From: Phaeosaccion multiseriatum
Lineage: Eukaryota > Protista > Ochrophyta, other classes
NCBI GenBank assembly: GCA_965112735.1
Contig: OZ218950.1
Location: 4,774,001-4,838,000, forward strand
Reading direction: 5' to 3'
Length of the DNA stretch: 64,000 bases
The position numbers and the translations under genes were made by a program. Positions within the stretch are counted from its first letter, which is position 1; each line of letters opens with the position of its first letter. Below the pieces are notes generated by a model that saw only the letters and a list, made by a program, of their open reading frames with translations, did no database searches and was not told the DNA's origin. Positions 23,001 through 43,811 of this stretch are shown piece after piece.

Positions 23001-26000
23001 TCAGTCAGTCAGTTAGTCAGTCAGTCAGTCAGTTAGTCAGCACTTGGTGTCAGTCAGTCAGTCAGTGAGTCAGTCAGTCAGTCAGCACTTGGTGTCAGTC
23101 AGTCAGTCAGTCAGTCAGTCAGTCAGTCAGTCAGTCAGTCAGTCAGTCAGTCAGTCAGTCAGTCAGCACTTGGTGTCAGTCAGTCAGTCAAGTCGCACTC
23201 CAACAGCCTCTCTCACCTCCTCCACAATGTGCTTCCACAGCAGCACGTGATAGTCGGCATCTGAGGCCGCCATCATCTGCCCATCCGGCGAGAAGTGAAT
23301 CGACGTCAAGGCGCTGCTCGTGTAGCGGAAGGAGCTGACGTCTGCCAAGGAAGCCCCGTCGACAATCTTGCATGCCCCGCTCGTGAAACCGACGGCCAGG
23401 AGGGCCCCGTCAGGACTGAAGCAGCAGCACTGGGGGCGTAGGCGGCTTGCGTCGAATTTACGTAACGTGACAAGGATTTTGAGGTCGTAGTCCCAGAGAT
23501 GCACCTGAGGTGTATAGGGTATGGGGTGTAGGGTATAGGATATAGGGTATGGGGTATAGGGTATAGGATATAGGGTATGGGATATGGGGTATAGGGTGTA
23601 GGACGTAGGGTACAGGATATGGGGTATAGGGTGTAGGACGTAGGGTACAGGATATAGGGTATAGGACGTAGGGGATAGGGCATAGGGTATAGGGTATAGG
23701 GTGTAGGACGTAGGGTACAGGATATAGGGTATAGGGTGTAGGACGTAGGGTACAGGATATAGGGTATAGGGTGTAGGAGTAGGACGTAGGGTACAGGATA
23801 TAGGGTATAGGGTGTAGGGGATAGGGGATAGGGGATGCTACAACAACAATAACAACCGTTACTACTACTACTACTACTCCTACTACTACTACTACTACTA
23901 CTATTTCTACTACCTCTACTCCTACTACTACTACTACTACTACTACTATTTCTACTACCTCTGCTCCTACTACTTACATCTCCGCTGTAGCAAGTGACAG
24001 CTATCCGAGGTTGGACAGGGTGGGGCTTCACGTCGGAAATCTCGTCCGCAAAGCCTTGCACAAGCACGGTGCCTCTACGGAGGGCCGGGTCCAGCTCCTC
24101 ACTCATGGCCGCTGCGGCTCCGATAATGTACCCGCTCGACGTGCCCACGATAAAGTCCGGGATGGCAAAGGCCAGATGCGCGGCGGACAGGGGGATGAAG
24201 GAGCTGAAACTCACACTGCTGACGGGCCCCGCGTCCAGGTCCTCGAACCAGGCCTCGATTCGGAACTTGAAGTCGTAGAAGCGGACAGCCCCGTCCACTC
24301 CTGCGAGGACGACATACCGCGCCGAGGCGGCCCCACCTCCTCCTCCTCCTCCTCCTCCTCCTCCTCCTCCAGCTGTGCCATCCCCTCCTGCCTGACTTTG
24401 GTCGGACCCCCCAAGGTCAGCGCTGTTCTGGCCTCCAGTTGCCACTTGAATGCCACCCCCATTCCCAGTGATGAGGACGGAGGCGTGGGTTATTGATCCC
24501 TCAAAGAGGGACAAGACCTTTCCATGGAGCAAGTGGGTGGGCGGGTCGGCGTGGTTGGGAAGGGGGGAGGAGATTGAAAGAGGGGGAGGAGACAAACAAT
24601 GTCAGCGCCCAGCGGCCTTTCTTCTCAACCATATCGCCAAGGACATGTTGGAAGCAAGCGTGTCTATCAAAGTCAGCATCAGAAGAGACCCACGTAGGCG
24701 GTGAGAGAGATTCTGGCATGAGCTTCCTCCCACCTTCCTACCTGATTCCCTCACTCACACTCAACACCCACACCCACACCCACACCCACACCCACACCCA
24801 CACCCGCACCCACACCCACACCCACACCCACACCCACACCAACAACCCAAACCACCCAACCACCCACCCAACCCTCACCAACACCAACACAACCCAAGCT
24901 CCTTGTGGTGCTCCCTCGCCCCTCTCTCGTCCCTCTCTCCCCCACACCCACTCCACTACTCACCTTGACCGCGTGCTTCTTGGTGGTATTCATGACCTGT
25001 GCCGCTGCCTCGAGGTCGCTCACCCCTTGCATGGCTCCGGGCTGAATGTCGTCCACTGCGTCCCACAACACAACCTCTCCATGCGAGGTGGTGGTGATGG
25101 CCTGCATAGATCCCGGTAAGAAGCAGCAGGCGGTGAAGGTTCCTGTGCCCGCCGCAAAGTCTCTCTTGCTCAAGGTAGGCACGTAGCCGCTGAGGCCCTC
25201 TCCGTCCGCCCCTCCTCCCCACCCCCAGAACATTGTCCGTCGGTGGCCCGTGGTGATGAGCTGCCGAATGTCCGAAGGGTTGAAGTGGACATGCCTCTGT
25301 AGGTAGTTGCCGTTCATGCCACCCGCAGAGGTCGCCTTGCCCCCCGCTGCGCCGCCATTGGTGTCTTGTATGACGCTGGTGAGCGTGGCTTCGTCCGAGC
25401 CTGGCTGCGTCCATTCCCACAGACTCAGCGTCTGGGGGTCCCCTCCTGAGCCCCCCACGTTATCCCCCCCCCACCCCACTCCAGTTCCCTCTACTACATT
25501 CCCGTTCTCCATGTTCGGGGGCGCGCTCAGTGTGGCGATAAACATGGCATCGGGGGACATGTCCAACGCGAGCACTCCGCGGGGATGTGGGTTGAAAATC
25601 GTCTTAATGGGGGTGCCGGACACCGTGTCCCACACCACCAGCATGCTCTCCGGGCCCGCGTCTGCGGTGACCAAGTAGGCCTTGTTAGCACTAGCCGCTG
25701 CCGCAGTGATGGGGTTGCAGTGCCCCTGCAAGAGGCGCTGTGTCCTGGCGGTGAAGTCGTAGAGCACCCCGGTATGGGCAGCGATGTAAAATATTACATC
25801 CCTTGTTTCCGTGCATAGATTGACGACACCGTCAACCACGTCCTTGCTCAGACCGAAGGACCAGCCAAGGCTCAGCGCTGCGCCACTCGAGTTGCTGCTG
25901 GTGCTATTCTTTGCCAGCTGCGGCTGCTGCTGCTGCTCCTGCTGCTGCTCTTGCTGCTGCTGTTCTTGGGCTTCGCCAGCGTACGCCTCGGACTCTTCTG

Positions 26001-26070
26001 TCCCGACGTGCTCCTCCTCATCCCCCCCCCCCTCTTCTCCATACGGTGAGTCCTCGTCTACGTCCGTCAT
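17973..26070 (-). CDS. CFAP251: Cilia- and flagella-associated protein 251 (WDR66), WD40 repeats plus an EF-hand-like C-terminus, ~9 exons
   Basis: LSLGWSFG...AHTGVLYD...[11 protein letters not shown]...[14 protein letters not shown]...[22 protein letters not shown]; [16 protein letters not shown]; [25 protein letters not shown]; [10 protein letters not shown]|GEDT...[25 protein letters not shown]; [12 protein letters not shown]. Confidence 0.92.
20524..21284. repeat. (CCCT)n microsatellite, ~760 bp, intronic; reads (AGGG)n on the sense strand directly after a donor
   Basis: Directly visible. Confidence 0.95.
21580..21885. repeat. Compound (GA)n/GAGAGTCA repeat, intronic
   Basis: Directly visible. 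Confidence 0.9.
22840..23190. repeat. (CAGT)n array punctuated by GCACTTGGTG, intronic
   Basis: Directly visible. Confidence 0.9.
23510..23835. repeat. Degenerate G-run heptamer repeat (TATAGGG/TGTAGGA/CGTAGGG), intronic
   Basis: Directly visible. Confidence 0.85.
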
Positions 26071-26236
26071 TGCGTACAGGCGATAAGTCTAAGTGTGCTC
26101 CTAGATGGATGCTCCTACCGTTACCTTTGCCACCCTTCCTTGGGTCCCCCCCCAAGCACGCCCAGCAGGAAACGTAACCGCTGCAAGGGGCCAACCTACT
26201 TTTGACAAAAGGGAGAGAGAGCGTTAAACATCAACT
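26071..26236. promoter_or_regulatory. Putative bidirectional promoter shared by CFAP251 and RSPH9
   Basis: Only 166 bp separate the divergent ATGs. Confidence 0.6.
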
Positions 26237-27875
26237 ATGGTGGACATTATGAAGCACATGGAGAGGATCGGGCCCTCGGGGTACACCCTGAGCCAATCTG
26301 AGCGATCAGGGATGCAGGTGTCGATGTTGCAGAGGGTGCAGGAGGAGGCCTTACCAGGTGATATGCTCTTCTGGGGAAAGGTCTTTGGTGATAAGGACGA
26401 CTACCTGGTGTGCTATTGCACGCTGCCGGCGTCGCTGGAGAGCGGGGACTTTCCTGTGAGGAAGTACTACTACTGCAGAAGCTCCGACAACAACCTTGTT
26501 CAGGTCAGCAAGTCTCTTGGTGGCTCCCTCGCAGAGCCTCCTCCCCGCTCCCGCTCCTGGCCTCGTCTTTCTTGGGGCTTCAGTCTGTCTATACTTCCTC
26601 TCAGAAGAGAGCATGTGTGTGTGTTTATGTATGAGAGCTGGGCCGGCGAGCTCAGTTGTGCAAGGAAGAGAGAGGTCAGGAGGCTGGAATTATACCAAGC
26701 CCCAAACACCCAGCCAAGACGACGGTCCTATTGCGAACCAGCGGTGGCAGAGCAGACTTGGCAGTAGCGTTTTATGCAGCATTGGGAGAGACAAAGGCTG
26801 GTAGGAATGCTTCGCAGCAGAGCAGACTTGGCGGTAGCGTTCTATGCAGCATTGGGAGAGACAAAGGCTGGTAGGAAAGCTTCGCAACTACCATCGTCAT
26901 CGCCTCCATCTTTGTCCGTGGTCTCTCTACCGCCTTCTCACTCAAAGTGTCGCACTGCTCTCCTCACCCCAGCTTCCACTCCTCTGTCTCTTTGTCTCTC
27001 TTCTGTTTTGCAGATGCCCGCAATCTCTGCAGACTACCAAAAGCAAGCTGCGGCAATATCTGGGCGCTTTGTCGGGGAGCCTTCCTTTCCCCTCGACGAG
27101 GAGCCGGAGGACGGTGGGGCAGAGGAGGAGGAGGGCAAGGAGCCAGAGCGATTCAGAGAGCAGCACAGACTCGCCTATGTTGTCCAGTCTATTGACCACG
27201 ACGCCGCCGTCACGCCAGCAGGCACATTGCGGGTAGAGCCCTCTCATCAGGTGAGGGAAGGCTACCTGCCGCTGCCTCTGTTATGTATGTGGGAGAGAGA
27301 AAGAAGAGAGAGAGAGAGAGTGTGTGTGTGTGTGCGTATGTGTTTGTGTGTAACCAGCTAGCAGCTAGCTTTAGAACAAGCCCAAGCCCGTTTGTGCCTG
27401 CATCTTCCCTGCCTCTGACATGTTTCGCTGCCCTCTGCCCCCCCCCCCCCCGCCTGCCCGCCTGGACCGAAACCTCTCTCATTTCCCCCTTGCTCGCTGC
27501 TCTTGTCGTTACCGCCGAGGAGTGCAGATTAGCACCAACCGGAATTTCGAAGGCCTTTCCTACGAAGCCGCCGGCCTCCTCTCCAGCTACTACCACTACC
27601 GCGCACCGGAAACCATCGAAGCCAAGGCCAAACTGGCCAAGAAGGGTTTGGTCAAGGGTTCCGACTTCCTCGATCCCCTCTCCGGCGACCGACCCAGGGG
27701 CGTGTGGAGCACGAGCTTTGACTCCAGCAACACAGTTGCCGTGCTCAAGAGCTTGCTGTGGCCCGGCTATACGTTCTTTAGTACTGTGCAGAGGAGGGGC
27801 GGGGGCGTGGGCGAGTACGGGGGGGTGTACTTTGGCAATGGCTTGAGGAACCCCGACCTCGCCTTCATGCTCTGA
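26237..27875 (+). CDS. RSPH9: Radial spoke head protein 9 (3 exons: ~26237-26503, ~27015-27250, ~27528-27875)
   Basis: LFWGKVFGDKDDYLV; EQHRLAYVVQSIDHD; NRNFEGLS...YYHYR; DFLDPL...GVWS; LKSLLWPG; YGGVYFGNGLRNPDLAFML*. Confidence 0.93.
26749..26887. repeat. ~70-bp tandem duplication in RSPH9 intron 1
   Basis: CAGAGCAGACTTGGC...GGCTGGTAGGAA.GCTTCGCA occurs twice. Confidence 0.85.
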
Positions 27876-27923
27876 CGAGGGGCGGACGTACACTTACTTG
27901 TCTAGGGAGGAGAGCCACACACA

Positions 27924-28000
<77 letters not shown>

Positions 28001-28977
28001 CCACCCGCCCGCACTGTTAAATATGAAACTAAACTATAGTCATGAATTATGGATGGCGGTCGGCCGAGACAGAGACAGAGACAGAGACAGAGACAGAGAC
28101 AGAGACAGAGGCTCGTTGGTATGAATGCTTACGCTGGGGGACGGAGGGAGACTTGCTGCCCCCCAGTGAGGGAGGGCTGAAGGATAAATCTTTGGTCTTT
28201 TTGCCGCCACCAGATTGTGGACCACACCACACCACTCCACTTGACTTGGACGGGTCCTCCCCCCATGGATTTCTTAGGTGATTCCTATTAAGTCAAGGTG
28301 ATTACTCCCGCACCACATGGGTCCCAAGAAATCCCCTGCAATTTCCATGCATAATGGATGCGGCACACAAATATACGTACATAAATCTGAAAGTCAAACG
28401 TCTATCCTCTACAAGTCCTCCTCCTCCTCCTCCTCCTCCTGCTGCTGCTTGCTGTTGTGGTGCCTGTCATTTGCTGCTCAGAACAACTTGGTTTGCCACC
28501 CCCCCCCCCCCCCCCTCTAACTAAGACTATACAATTTTACACAAGACCAGAGGGCCCGTTAGACCGTTAGACCGTTAGACCGTTAGCTTCTCTGCGCTGC
28601 TCCGAGTGGAGGGCACTTGTCCGGTCTTTCTTTGGCGCTCCAAAAGCTCCAAAACCAAGCCGCCGCCGCGGAAACAAAAGGCGACGACGCGCGGCCTCTC
28701 CCGGAAGCAGGGACGATCGAGCAGGGGCAGGGGCTCGGAGGAGATGGTAGAAGGTGGGGGGCTGGCGTGTTACGGCTGACGTGTCCCCTCCAAAGCGCCA
28801 ACCGTCGGGCTAGGCTGCCTGCCTGTCTGTCTGTCTGTCGAGCCCCCTCTAGTCTCTCTCCCAGGCTGGCCCACCGGCAAATTCTGTTGTGCTCCCCTCG
28901 CTCGCCTCGGTCCACCCGTATCCCCGCCGCAGCCCTCATCTCTCTCTCCATCTCTCTCTCCATCTCTCTCTCCCTCC

Positions 28978-29031
<54 letters not shown>

Positions 29032-29121
29032 CGCTGTTGAATTACTATTTGGCTGTGCTTACTTTCCCTGGCCAAGCCCCCCCCCCCCCCCTCTTCTTTC
29101 CTTCATCTTGAGCTTGTAACG

Positions 29122-30584
29122 TCAAACACTTTGCGCTACCCGCTCCACCTCTGCTGCTCCTCCCTGCTGCTCGCCCGCTCCCGCCCCCGCCCCTGCGCCC
29201 GCCGCATCCGTCTCCCCCTCTCCAACCCCCCCGCCACCCCCGCCACCCCCGCCACCCTCCTCGTCTTCATCTTGGTCCTCGTCCCAGAGCTCGTACTTGC
29301 AAAAGGGGCAGGACGTGTGACCTGCTCCGTTGAGCCATTCATCGCAACACGATTTGTGAAACACATGCAAGCAAGGCAGGCGGCACAGCTCGCTCCCCAG
29401 CTCGTAGTCGTCAAAGCAAATGATGCACGTCTCTGTGGTTGTCCACTCTTCTGCGCCGGGCGTCGTCTTGACCGACGCCCCACCGGGGGTCAGGGGCTCC
29501 TCGTGGTCCTTGGTAGAAGGAGGCAGGGCAGCATTTGCGTCTGTGCTGGCAGCAGAGGCAGTCGTTGTCGCACTCCTGCCCTGCTCCATGCTGCTGCTGC
29601 TGTTGTCGCCGCCTTCTTCTTCCTCGACAGGCACAGAGTCCACCACGGGGATTGGCTGCCCCTCCCCATCCTTTCCTTCGCCTTCATTCTTTCCCTGCTC
29701 CTCCTCTCCGTAAACAAATACAGTCATAACCCTCGCTCTCGCTGCCTCGCCCAGCACTCGCTCTCTCCGCCGCCGCACGACCGTCAATTGCAACCTCTGT
29801 TGTTGAATCAGCCGCAGCTCTGAATTTCTCTTGACGAGGGCCATGTAGTAAGCTCCGCTCCTGCAAGACAAGGGAGGGCAATGTAGGGCGTAAGCGGAGC
29901 CAGCCTCATCGCCAAAAGCAGAAGGAGAGAAAGAACAAAAAAAAAAAATCCCTCCTCCTGGCCGTTGCAGCGCTGTTGGCAGGCGCCCACTCACCCGATG
30001 AAGAATACGAGTCCAAGGAGTTGCAGCTTTCCAAAGGCCACCAGTCTATAAAGAATGTAAGTCAAATCGACGATCATGAAGAAGCCTGCGTTGACAACGC
30101 AAAAGAGGGAGGAACGCAGGATGGCATTGGGGGGAAAAGCGGAGGGGTACGGATAAGACAACGGAGCGAGTGGGCGAGAGGGAAAGCCCGTGTGTCCCAT
30201 TAAGCTTCTGGATTCCCCTCTCCTTGGAAAGCCCCTTGCTCCATTAAGCTTCTGGATTCCCCTGTCCTTGAGCAAGTCCTCCAATAGTCATAATTGCCCT
30301 TCAGGAACCGCCCTGTCACTGTTCTCACCTAAGACGCCCAAGCACACTCTCCGCCTGGCCCTTCGCTCAGCGAAGAACTGATCCACTAAAGGCCCCTCCC
30401 CCGCTTCAGCAGCCGCCGCTGTTGCTGCTGCTGCTGCCCTCTCCCCTCTGCTATCTCGTCTCCTCATCGTTCGGGGCTGCTGGTATCTCGCTCCGTCCAC
30501 CCCTCTCCCGCTCCCACCCGCTGCTGCTGCCGCAGCACCAGTCCGTGGTTGCGGCAGCCATTGGTGCCGGGGGACAGCAGCCAT
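29122..30584 (-). CDS. Transmembrane RING-H2 E3 ubiquitin ligase (3 exons; start codon uncertain)
   Basis: CIICFDDYELGSELCRLPCLHVFHKSCCDEWL...CPFCK (C3H2C3). Spliced hydrophobic segments VCLGVLG|FFMIVDLTYILY and LQLLGLVFFIG|GAYYMALV. Confidence 0.85.
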
Positions 30585-31557
30585 CCCACTTCCTCCAAGT
30601 CCTCGTCACCGGCTGCTCCCTTTTCTTTAACCCCCGCCAACCTGTGTGTGTTTCACATAAGATTAGTCCCTGCTCCGCGCACACACCCCTTTAAAGGACA
30701 GCTACGACCCTCCCATCCCCCCTGAGATTATTAGCCCTACTGGCCACCCAAAGGTTGGGTTGTTTTGTTTTGTGTGCAAGGGTCTAGAACACAAACAAAA
30801 ATAGAGGTAAATGGGCATGTGGGAAAAGGAAAGAATTTGATAATCTTACGTATGCTTTGTGGTTCCCTCTCGCCATTTCCATTATTCCCCTTCCGATATC
30901 GCTTGCTTCCCCCCTACAATTTGCATCTCCTCCTCTCCGGCCAAGCTCCCAAGCACTCTGTGCGCGCCGACGTCCACAACCTCGGCATCGAGGAGCACGC
31001 CTGGCCTGGCCGGCTCATTGCGCATTCCAAACACCCACGGCGGCCGCCGACCCCGACAGGAGCAGGAGCGCTCGGAAGCAGCCAAACGATCGTGGGCTGC
31101 CGGACTCACCGCACGACCCGGAGGCGTCATCAAGGCCACCAACCCCCAAGCAACCCTTTTGCCTTTAGCTGGCAGCTGGCAGCCGGGCCAGCCAGCCATG
31201 CACTAGGAAGCTGAAACTGAGAACTGAAATGGAAACTATTGTCTCTGCTCTGCCTCGTTCGGTGGTGGAGCTTCGGTGGTGTAGCTGCAGCTCGAACGCT
31301 TCCAAGGAACAGTCGCCGCGTCTTGAGGAGGACACAGCCAGCCCTTGCGTTTTAGCTGTGTGTGTGTGCGTCAACCCATTCTCAGTGCCATCCCCGCAAA
31401 AAAAAAGGGGGAGTCAGGGTGCAATCAATTAACTTGTTCAGATAAGCCTTCGCCTCTGTACACATGGACTGCTTCCGCTCCTCGCTACGATCCTACCGCT
31501 CTCTCTCCTGCGGGGCCTCCTCCCTTCTCACCACTCCCACCAACACCAGTAGCACTA

Positions 31558-39945
<8,388 letters not shown>

Positions 39946-40665
39946 AGCAAGCAGCAACAGGAGCAGCAGCTCCTGTTGCTCCGGCCAGCGCCACTCTTCC
40001 TTTTCTAAGCCATGCACATCACAAGCCCGCCAGCGAGCATCTTCCTGTCACTTCCCTCCCTCTCTGCTCTTCCCCTTTCCCCCGCACTACACGTCTGTGG
40101 GGGCTTCAATCAACTGGCACACTTTATTGCTCATCCTCCTCTTCCTCTCCTTTTGTCGGGGTTACTATTCTTCTGTTTTTTGCCAATTGACTTTTCTGAA
40201 ACGTGAAAACTCGTGGCCCCTTCTTTTCCCGTACACGTAAGTCTTACTAAAACGTGATGGGAAAGAAAAGGAGGCGTAGGGGTACAGTACTCATGCAGCC
40301 ACCCAACGCTAGCCGACACTACGGGTGCCCTCGGATCACCCTCGCTAAAACATTATATTAACTGGGGGGGAACTAACCGCCGAAAGAGGCCGACAGCTCT
40401 GGCCTGGCCTGTGTGGACCACTCAATCACTCAGTCACTCAGTCACTCTTCGACTCTCTCGCACAGCTTTCGCCCCCTGAAAGTTTACTTCCACACTCTAC
40501 ATAACACTGCGAGAAACGGACCCGCCTACCACTGATACCACTAGCCTGAGACTCCTCCTGGCTGGGGTATGTACGGGACCGATCTACGCCCCCTCCCCCC
40601 CCCCCCTACCACCACCACGAAGGCCACAGCAAGCCCTCCAACACACCACTCAGTGGCGCTCAGGA

Positions 40666-41040
40666 CGAGCATGAAGTGATTACAGTACAGACTTGGGGTG
40701 GCCCTTACCCCTTTGCCCCGATGCCCACGCGGTGATATCGAGCATGAAGCGATTACAGTACAGAGTTGGGGTGGTCCTTACCCCATTCTGTGATATCGAG
40801 CATGAAGCGATTACAGTACAGAGTCGGGGTGGTCCTTACCCCATTCTGTGATATCGAGCATGAAGCGATTACAGTACAGAGTTGGGGTGGTCCTTACCCC
40901 ATTCTGTGATATCGAGCATGAAGCGATTACAGTACAGAGTTGGGGTGGCCCTTACCCCATTCTGTGATATCGAGCATGAAGCGATTAGAAGACAGAGTTG
41001 GGGTGGTCTTTGCCCCTTTGCCCCGCTGCCCACGCGGTGA
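40666..41040. repeat. Tandem array derived from the D-LDH stop-codon region: four 58-bp units between two longer copies
   Basis: GATATCGAGCATGAAGCGATTA starts at 40734, 40792, 40850, 40908 and 40966. Confidence 0.92.
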
Positions 41041-42409
41041 TGTTGTCCAGAGTGGTGCTCGCTATGCGGTCTACAGCCTCCTGCGTGAAAAACGCTTGGT
41101 GCCTTTAGAGTAGAGAAAGAAGGGAGGGAGAGGAGAGCGCAGAATAAAGCAGGTACGAATGAGACTTACTCCGTATGTTTCGAAGCCTCGGATGGAGGGG
41201 CAAGGGCCCATCCAGCGAGAGGGCAAGCAGCAAAGATGGCAGCATATGGGTGTAGTCAGAGGCAGGACAAGAGAGAAGCAGAGCGAGCGCCGGAGTACAC
41301 CAAGAGACGAGGAGTCTCTTCTCTACAATATATCGCGCTTCTCTACAATATATCGCGCACTCAGGCACGCCGCCCTCCCTCCCTCCCCATCCTTCCCTCA
41401 TTCCCTCCCTCCCTCCCTCCCCCCCTCCCTCCCTCCCTCCCTCATTCCCTCCCTCCCTCCCTCCCCTCCCTCCCTCACTCACTCACTCCCTCTCCCTCCC
41501 TCCCTCCCTCCCTCATTCCCTCCCTTCCTCCCTCCCTCCCTCCCTCCCTCATTCCCTCCCTCCCTCATTCCCTCCCTCCCTCCCCATCCTTCCCTCATTC
41601 CCTCCCTCCCTCCCTCCCCCCCTCCCTCCCTCCCTCCCTCCCTCCCTCCCTCCCTCATTCCCTCCCTCCATCCCTCCCCTCCCTCACTCACTCACTCACT
41701 CCCTCTCCCTCCCTCTCTCCCTCATTCCCTCCCTCCCTCATTCCCTCCCTCCCTCATTCCCTCCCTCCCTCCCTCCCCTCCCTCACTCACTCACTCACTC
41801 ACTCCCTCTCTCTCCCTCACTTACCCGGTGACGAGCACATTGTTAAACCCCATGAGCTCCCCTAGCCGCGAGTCTTGAATGGGCTTGTCTGAGCAGTCCC
41901 TGAAGGCGTAGGGTGCCTCTCCCTCGAACACATCGAGGCCTGCCCCGAGCACCTTGCCACTGTAGAGCCCCTTCAACAGAGCACTCGTGTCCACCAGCGG
42001 GCCTCTGTTGGACAGAGAGACAGAGGGGGGAGGGGGGGAGGGAGGGAGGGAGGGAGGGAGGGAGGGAGTGAGTGAGCCACCGACGCACCCGTCCCCATTG
42101 ACTTACTACCCACCGTGAGGTGTTGATAATGTAGACGCCCTTGGGGTTGAGGTAGTCAAGCACTCCCTCGTTGAAGGTGTGCTTAGTGCTGTCGAGGAGA
42201 GGCATCATGATAAACACCACATCGCACGTCTTCCAAATCTGCAGCAGCGGGCAGGCAGGCAGGGCAGCCAACAGCAGACAGACAGAACAGACAGACAGAC
42301 AGACAGGCAGGCAGGCAGACAGGCAGACAGACAGACAGGCAGGCAGACATGCAGGCAGGCAGACAGGCAGACAGACAAGACAGACAGACAGACAGACAGA
42401 CAGGCAGGC

Positions 42410-42450
<41 letters not shown>

Positions 42451-43776
42451 GGCAGACAGGCAGACAGGCAGGTAGACAGGCACGCAGACAGGCAGGCAGA
42501 AAGACAGACAGACATGCAGGCAGGCAGACAGGCAGGAGGCAGACAGACAGGCAGGCAGGCAGACAGGCAGGAGGCAGACAGACAGGCAGACAGACAGACA
42601 GGCAGGAGGCAGACAGACAGGCAGGTAGACAGGCAGACATGCAGGCAGGCAGACAGGCAGGAGGCAGACAGACAGGCAGCCAGACAGAGAGATAGACAGA
42701 CAGACAGACAACAAGAGAGCCAGAGAGAGAACAGAAGGCAGAACCGAGGGTTGCCAAGTCGGAGGAAGAAGAGAGATGTGAGATGCGAGAAAGGGGGGGA
42801 CACGGAAAGAAGAAGACAGCACCTTCCCTGACACTCCTCCCTTCCGTCCCCTCTTCAAACATCCTCCTCCTCCTCCTCCTCCTCCTCCTCCTCCTCCTCC
42901 TCAAACATCATCATCCTCCTCCTCCTCTTCCTCCGCCTCCTCCTCCTCCTCCTCCTCCGCCTCCGCCTCCTCCTCCTCCTCCTTCTCTCCCCTCTCCCCC
43001 CCCCTCTCTCTCTCTCTCACCTCCTCCTTGGTGACATACTTGCCGCCCTTGTCCTTAATCTCCTGCTGCTCAAACACGTCAAAGCACAAGAGCTCCACCC
43101 CAAAGCCGAGCAAGATGTTACACAAACACTGCCCGATCCGTCCCGTGCCAAGTACCCCCACCCGCTTGCCGTGCATGTCAAACCCCACCAGACCGTCCAG
43201 CATGAAGTTGCCTGCATTCCATCGCGGGTCGAGTTCGGGGGGCAGGGAGGGGGAGAGGGGAAAGGGGGGACGGGAAGACACTCAGCAACCCCTGACTCTG
43301 ACGGCACACAAGCTGTACAGCAAGATAAGCAAGTCCTTATCTTCCTAACCTGTTTCTCCTCCTTTTCTCTCATCCCCCTCTTCTTCCCCTCTCTCCCCTA
43401 TCTCCCCCCCCTCCTCCTCCTCACTCCCCTCCTCCTCCTCCTCCTCCCTCCCCTCCTCCTCCTCATCCTCCTCCCTCCCCTCCTCCTCCTCCTCCTCCTC
43501 CTCCTCCTCCTCCTCCTCCTCCTCCGCCTCCTCCGCCTCCTCCTCCTCCTCCTCCTCCCTCCCCTCCTCCTCCTCCTCCCCCTCCTCCTCCTCCTCCTCC
43601 CTCCCCTCCTCCTCCTCCTCCTCATCCTCCTCCTCCACCACCTCCTCCTCCTCCCTCCCCTCTTCCTCCTCCTCCCTCCCCTCCTCCACCTCCTCCTCCT
43701 CCCTCCCCTCTTCGTCCTCCTCCCTTCCCTCCTCCTCCTCCTCCTCCTCCTCCCCCTCCTCCTCCTCCTCCTCCTC

Positions 43777-43811
<35 letters not shown>

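Noticed and set aside
23510-23835. Interstitial telomeric repeat
   Set aside because: Units are TATAGGG/CGTAGGG variants rather than TTAGGG or TTTAGGG; treated as an ordinary intronic repeat.
26120-26133. RFX X-box-like GTTACCTTTGCCAC in the ciliary bidirectional promoter
   Set aside because: The second half-site is poor and RFX factors are not expected in this inferred lineage; a chance match is likely.
30284-30290. In-frame TGA between two ORFs, suggesting selenocysteine or readthrough
   Set aside because: It falls inside a GT-AG intron (~30086-30327) whose removal joins a clean transmembrane helix.
40666-41040. CRISPR-like regularly spaced repeats with hairpins
   Set aside because: Whole units are near-identical with no unique spacers, they derive from the adjacent gene end, the context is eukaryotic and no cas genes are present.
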